Below the pieces are notes generated by a model that made no database searches, was not told the origin of the DNA, and saw nothing but the letters and a program-made list of their open reading frames with translations. Made by a program: the position numbers and the translations under genes. Shown piece after piece: positions 59,564-64,000 of a stretch of 64,000 nt of DNA (the stretch's first letter is position 1; each line of letters opens with the position of its first letter). The stretch covers positions 11,408,001 to 11,472,000 of the forward strand of contig NC_135670.1 in NCBI RefSeq assembly GCF_964188315.1, given 5' to 3'. This DNA comes from Podarcis muralis (taxonomy: Eukaryota).

Positions 59564-60744
59564 GTGAGAACGAGGCTCACTTGTGGGGTGGCGGCTCTGC
59601 GGGGTAGGGCGTGGGGGGAGGGCTGTTTTCAGAATGGCTTCCCTCCCTCCCCACCGAAGACCACCAACTCTTCATTCCTCCTGAATGACCCTTCAACTTC
59701 CGGGGCTCCCCTTCAGCCCCCGCTCCCTTCCCACAGCCGCCTTATTCCCGCCCTCCAGCCCCACATGGTCTCCCCGCCCCCATTGTGCTTCCACGTCGCT
59801 TCTGGAATTGACCTTCTTCCCTCAGGGCGCCCCACAGGTGCGCGTGCTGCTCCTTGCCCCGCATCGCCAGCCCCTGCTCACCCAGCCAGCCCATGGTCCC
59901 CGAATCCCTTGCAGGACCCTTTTCCATTTCTCCACCCCCCATAAGCCCCTTCTAAGGCTTGCAGACCCCTTACAATGCAGCCACCTGCCTACACGCCTGT
60001 CTACCTGTGCTGTGCGCACACCATGCATTTAAAACACTCAGTGCAAAGAATCCTGGGAGCTAATTTACCCTGTCAGGGATCTACAGTTCCCAGCGCCCTT
60101 CACCAACTGCACTTTTCTGGATATTTTGCGGTGTAGCTAGGCCTCCCAATGTATGGTGTGGGTACGACCTTTCTCTCATTCATCTCCACAGTTACTTTTT
60201 ATTATGAAGCAGATAATCCAATATTTCCATTCTGGCAGACCGAGTTCAGGGGACACTAGTCCAAAACCACCTAAGCAAAACCAAGGCTGGGCTTTGATTT
60301 CAAACTTAGTTTGCAAGATTCCTCTGGGGATCTGGTTTGACTGTGAGAACAGGATCTTGGACTAGATGGGCCTTTCACTTGATCCAGCTGTCCTTTGTAG
60401 CCCATTGGCTAGCCTGCCGTGCTCTGTACCAGTTATTAAGAAGCACAGCACTGACCCTTTTTGCTTGTTGACCATTTCATTTTCAGTTACTTTTATTTTG
60501 TATGTTCTTGAGGACTAGAAACTTTCTTCTGCTGAGATTTACAGAAAACTATGAAAATGATTTGTACTGTGGACTGTGCTCTGCGCAGTTGTGAACACTG
60601 ATCTGCACATTTTTGCATAGCCATGGGTCTGTGCTGTAGAGCATCTGATTGGAGATGCCACTGGCAGTCAGTGTCAAGAACGCTGGGCTAGGTGGACCGT
60701 TGTGCCAACTCAGTACAAAGCAGCTTCCTATGTACCTGTGCTGT

Positions 60745-60925
60745 GTTCACAGCTCAGTGGTAGAACATCTGCTTTGCATGCAGAAGGTCCCAGGTTCAGT
60801 CCGCAAAATCTTTAGACAGAGCTGGAAGAGACCCCTGCCTAAAACCCTGGAGAGCTGTTGCCAGTCAGCTGAGCTAGGCAGACCAATAGTCTGATTCTAT
60901 ATAATATGGTTTCCTATGTTCCCTA
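60745..60925 (+). mobile_element. Squam-type tRNA-derived SINE; further copies near 3625-3790, 14556-14700, 19225-19400, 51160-51330, 62545-62722, 63640-63765
   Basis: gctcagtggtagagcatctgctttgcatgcagaaggtcccaggttc head plus shared body. Confidence 0.7.
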
Positions 60926-63023
60926 ATAGCTATCCCAATTGTAGTTCTTGTGAGTGAACCATGGCATGGTTGTGATGATTTCCCTTAGTTTTGTTCTTGT
61001 TCTGTGCTTCAAAATACTTTTCAAAATAATGTGAACCACCAAAAAGGACAGATCCCTGCCTCAAGAAACTATGTTTTGAAAAAGACGAGGAACCAAAAAA
61101 TAAAGGGGCAGTTTTTCTTTTTATCTTTTTACTGAAACTTTCTTCAGAACTTCATGCTTTTGCATGTGAGGTCTTGGCCAGCCCAGTGTGCTGATCCTGC
61201 TATTAGCACATGGCTCCTGCATTTGAGCCTTTGATCACTCACATGCAGCATGTGTGGAAATAGGCACTGACCTTCACACCAGCAGTGGAGAGCTCTGTTT
61301 GCCCTTTGCACTCTCCCTGTGCCCATAGTTTTGTCTCTAGAAGCTGCTTCCTGATCACTGAATACACAGCAGATGGCTGGATCACATCTTGGCATTCCTG
61401 CTATGAATGAGTCTGTTCTTTGAGAACAGGTGTTGGCAGATTTTACAGTCGCATCTACTCTATACATTGAAAGCACTCTCATGCCCTTTTAATAATCATG
61501 ACTCCCTGTTTACCGCTCAAGAATCCTGGGAACTGTAGTTTGTTAAGGGTGCTGAGAATTGTTGGGAGAACCTTCAAGACCTATGATCCTCTACATCCTT
61601 CACAAAACACAGTTTCCAGAATTCTTTGGGGAAGCCTTGATTGCTCAAGTGGTATAGAAATGCTGTTCTTCATATGTATTAACATATCAATTTATTTATT
61701 AAAGTGTTTATAGACTGCATTTTCAAAAAAATATATAGCAGGTTGGTATACAGTGTACAAAGTTACATTAAGAGACATAAAAACATCAGTAAGAATATCA
61801 GTAGATATTCATTGGCAAAAAGAAATCCACATTGCAAAGGCCTGTCTGAATAACAGTTTTTTGGAGATACATGAAAGGAGGCGGAGATGATTCCTGCCAA
61901 TCCTTCACTGGCAGGAAGTTTCACAGAGCAGGGGTCACCGAAACCCAGGGGCATGGGGGGCCACGAGAAGCACCCCATTGCAGGACGCCAGTGATCAAGG
62001 TAGAACATAATGCTGAGGCAGGGCTTTCAGCGTGTTGTGGATGTGAGCAAGGGCCGTTTAGGCGGAATCCCACTCTGGTGTTTTTACTAAGGCCCCAAGC
62101 TCCACCATTCAGAGACAGGTATAGTGGCTGGAGAAGAGGAGGATGCACCTCATGAGCCAGAAATGGGGATAATGTACGTGTACAAGTACAAATCCCCTTG
62201 AATGAGCTGCATATGTGGAATTCTAACTGCCTAATTTTGAGAGAGAGAAAAGCTTTTTCTTGTTGCTGTTGTTAAATAATTAGGAGCCAGAACCCCTTGT
62301 TGATGTTCTGCCAATGCTGATTTGTGTGTGAGTGCATTTTTGCATGCCTGCCCAGACATATAATTTGGTTACCTACATTTTACTCTTTCATTCTGCGTTT
62401 TAATCATAATGGTTTTGTGCATTTCTAATTGGTTAGTAGATTTCAGCTGTTGTTTATCTATAGTTTTAGTTGTACACCATGTAAAGAGGTTTGTAAAAAA
62501 ATATGTGATTTATAAATCTCCTGCATCAAAAAAAAAATCATGTTGCGTAGATCAGGCACATGTTTAGTGCTCTACAGATCCTAGCTTCGATCCCCAGTAC
62601 ATCTAGGTCAGGCTGGCAAAGCCTGTTGTCTGAGACCCTGGAGAAACGATGCCAGTGTAGACAGCAGTGAGCTAGATGGAGCAATGGTCTGCTTTGGTGT
62701 AAAGCGGTTTTCTGTGTTCCTATCTGGTGATCTTTCTTTTCGTCATTACTACACTACAGATGAGATAAGGCAATCCAGAAGCCATCTTTCAGTTGAGAGC
62801 TTGCACAGGACCTGTGTTTTTTAAACACTGTGGGGAAGGGCTGTAGTTCCGTGGTAGAGCATCCGCTTTGCATGCAGATGGTCTCAGCAGTCCTGATTAC
62901 CCCCCACCAAAGGATGTTGTTTAATGCTAGAGTATGATTCTCTTAATGTCAGAGCCAAGGGTTTGAGCCACACATTGGGCAAAAGATTCCTGCATTGCTG
63001 GGGTTGTACTTGATGACCCTCAT

Positions 63024-63361
63024 TTGTTGTTGTTTAGTCGTTTAGTCGTGTCCGACTCTTCGTGACCCCCTGGACCAGAGCACGCCAGGCACCTCTGTCC
63101 TCCACTACTTCCCGCAGTTTGGTCAAACTCATGCTGGTAACCTCGAAAACACTATCCAGCCATCTCGTCCTCTGTCGCCCCCTTCTCCTTGTGCCCTCCA
63201 TCTTTCCCAGCATCAGGGTCTTCTCCAGGGAGTCTTCTCTTCTCATGAGGTGGCCAAAGTACTGGAGCCTCAGCTTCACGATCTGTCCTTCCAGTGAGCA
63301 CTCAGGGCTGATTTCCTTAAGAATGGATGTGTTTGATCTTCTTGCAGTCCATGGGACCCTC
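63024..63361 (-). mobile_element. BovB LINE 3' fragment in GANAB intron 1
   Basis: Near-identical to 2927-3263. Confidence 0.93.
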
Positions 63362-63872
63362 ATGGTCCCTTCCAACTCTACAATTCTGTGACTCCATTAT
63401 TCTATCTATCTTCTGTAGACCATTCCCATTCTCGTTTCCCTTTTTCATTGAAGCAATTGAGCAGCCTGTGTCAGTGGGATCTTAGCTTTGAAAAGGCATT
63501 CTGTGTCTGTGCTGCTTGGGTTAGGCTGGTGTAGGAATTCCAGATGGCACCTGGGCCTTAAACATCCCTTTTGAGCACAATCCAGGTAGTTGTAGGATGA
63601 ACCTTGGTGGTTAATGCTAGCTGGCCTGGAGCAGGCACCTTGAGTGAGACCCTGGTCCATCTAGCTCAGTATTGTCTGCACTTACTGGCAGCAGCACTCC
63701 AGGGTTTCAGGCAGGGAGTCTGCCCTACCTCTGCCTGGAGATAAATCCGGGGCCATTTACATCAAAACACACTTTCTGTCTCTGTGAGCCAGCAGCCCTC
63801 AAGTACAACTGGTGGTGGGGAGTCTGCAAGTTAACAATGTGTTGCATGGAGAAATGTCTTCCTTCCCAATAG

Positions 63873-63974
63873 ACTCGAGATGGCAGCTCTTGCTTGGTTA
63901 GCTCTTTCCCTGGCTGTTGTCACTGCTGTGGACAGAAGCAACTTCAAGACATGTGACCAGAGCTCTTTTTGCAA
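63873..63974 (+). CDS. GANAB: GANAB (glucosidase II alpha) exon 2: signal peptide plus [17 protein letters not shown]; the gene continues beyond the window
   Basis: [15 protein letters not shown] signature; aatag acceptor and gtaagt donor. Confidence 0.95.
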
Positions 63975-64000
63975 GTAAGTTGGGCGTCTTATCTCTGCTG

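Overview
Vertebrate genomic DNA, most likely from a lacertid lizard (inferred from Sauria SINEs, Squam-type tRNA SINEs, BovB, and hAT/pogo MITEs). It matches the human 11q12.3 block. Gene order: UBXN1 (+, last 4 exons), DMAC1 (-), UQCC3 (-), LBHD1 (+), CSKMT/METTL12 (-), two U2 snRNA genes with PSE, octamer and 3' box (-), C11orf98 (+), INTS5 (+), GANAB (+, first 2 exons). All exon models were built by hand from splice signals, reading phase and recalled similarity to human proteins. No CRISPR, rRNA or true tRNA genes were found. The most unusual structure: (1) a ~1 kb copy of the GANAB promoter and exon 1 placed upstream of INTS5, phase-compatible with INTS5 exon 2 and also able to form an 8-codon uORF; (2) an 808-bp solo LTR mostly filled by one 214-codon acidic/Arg-rich reading frame with a single internal stop, with a related motif in a second LTR; (3) a U2 pair plus a U2 stem-loop-IV relic with a rebuilt lower stem, possibly nested in a 5'TOP-initiated CSKMT first intron; (4) DMAC1 directly next to UQCC3; (5) a Cys/Glu repeat insertion in LBHD1.
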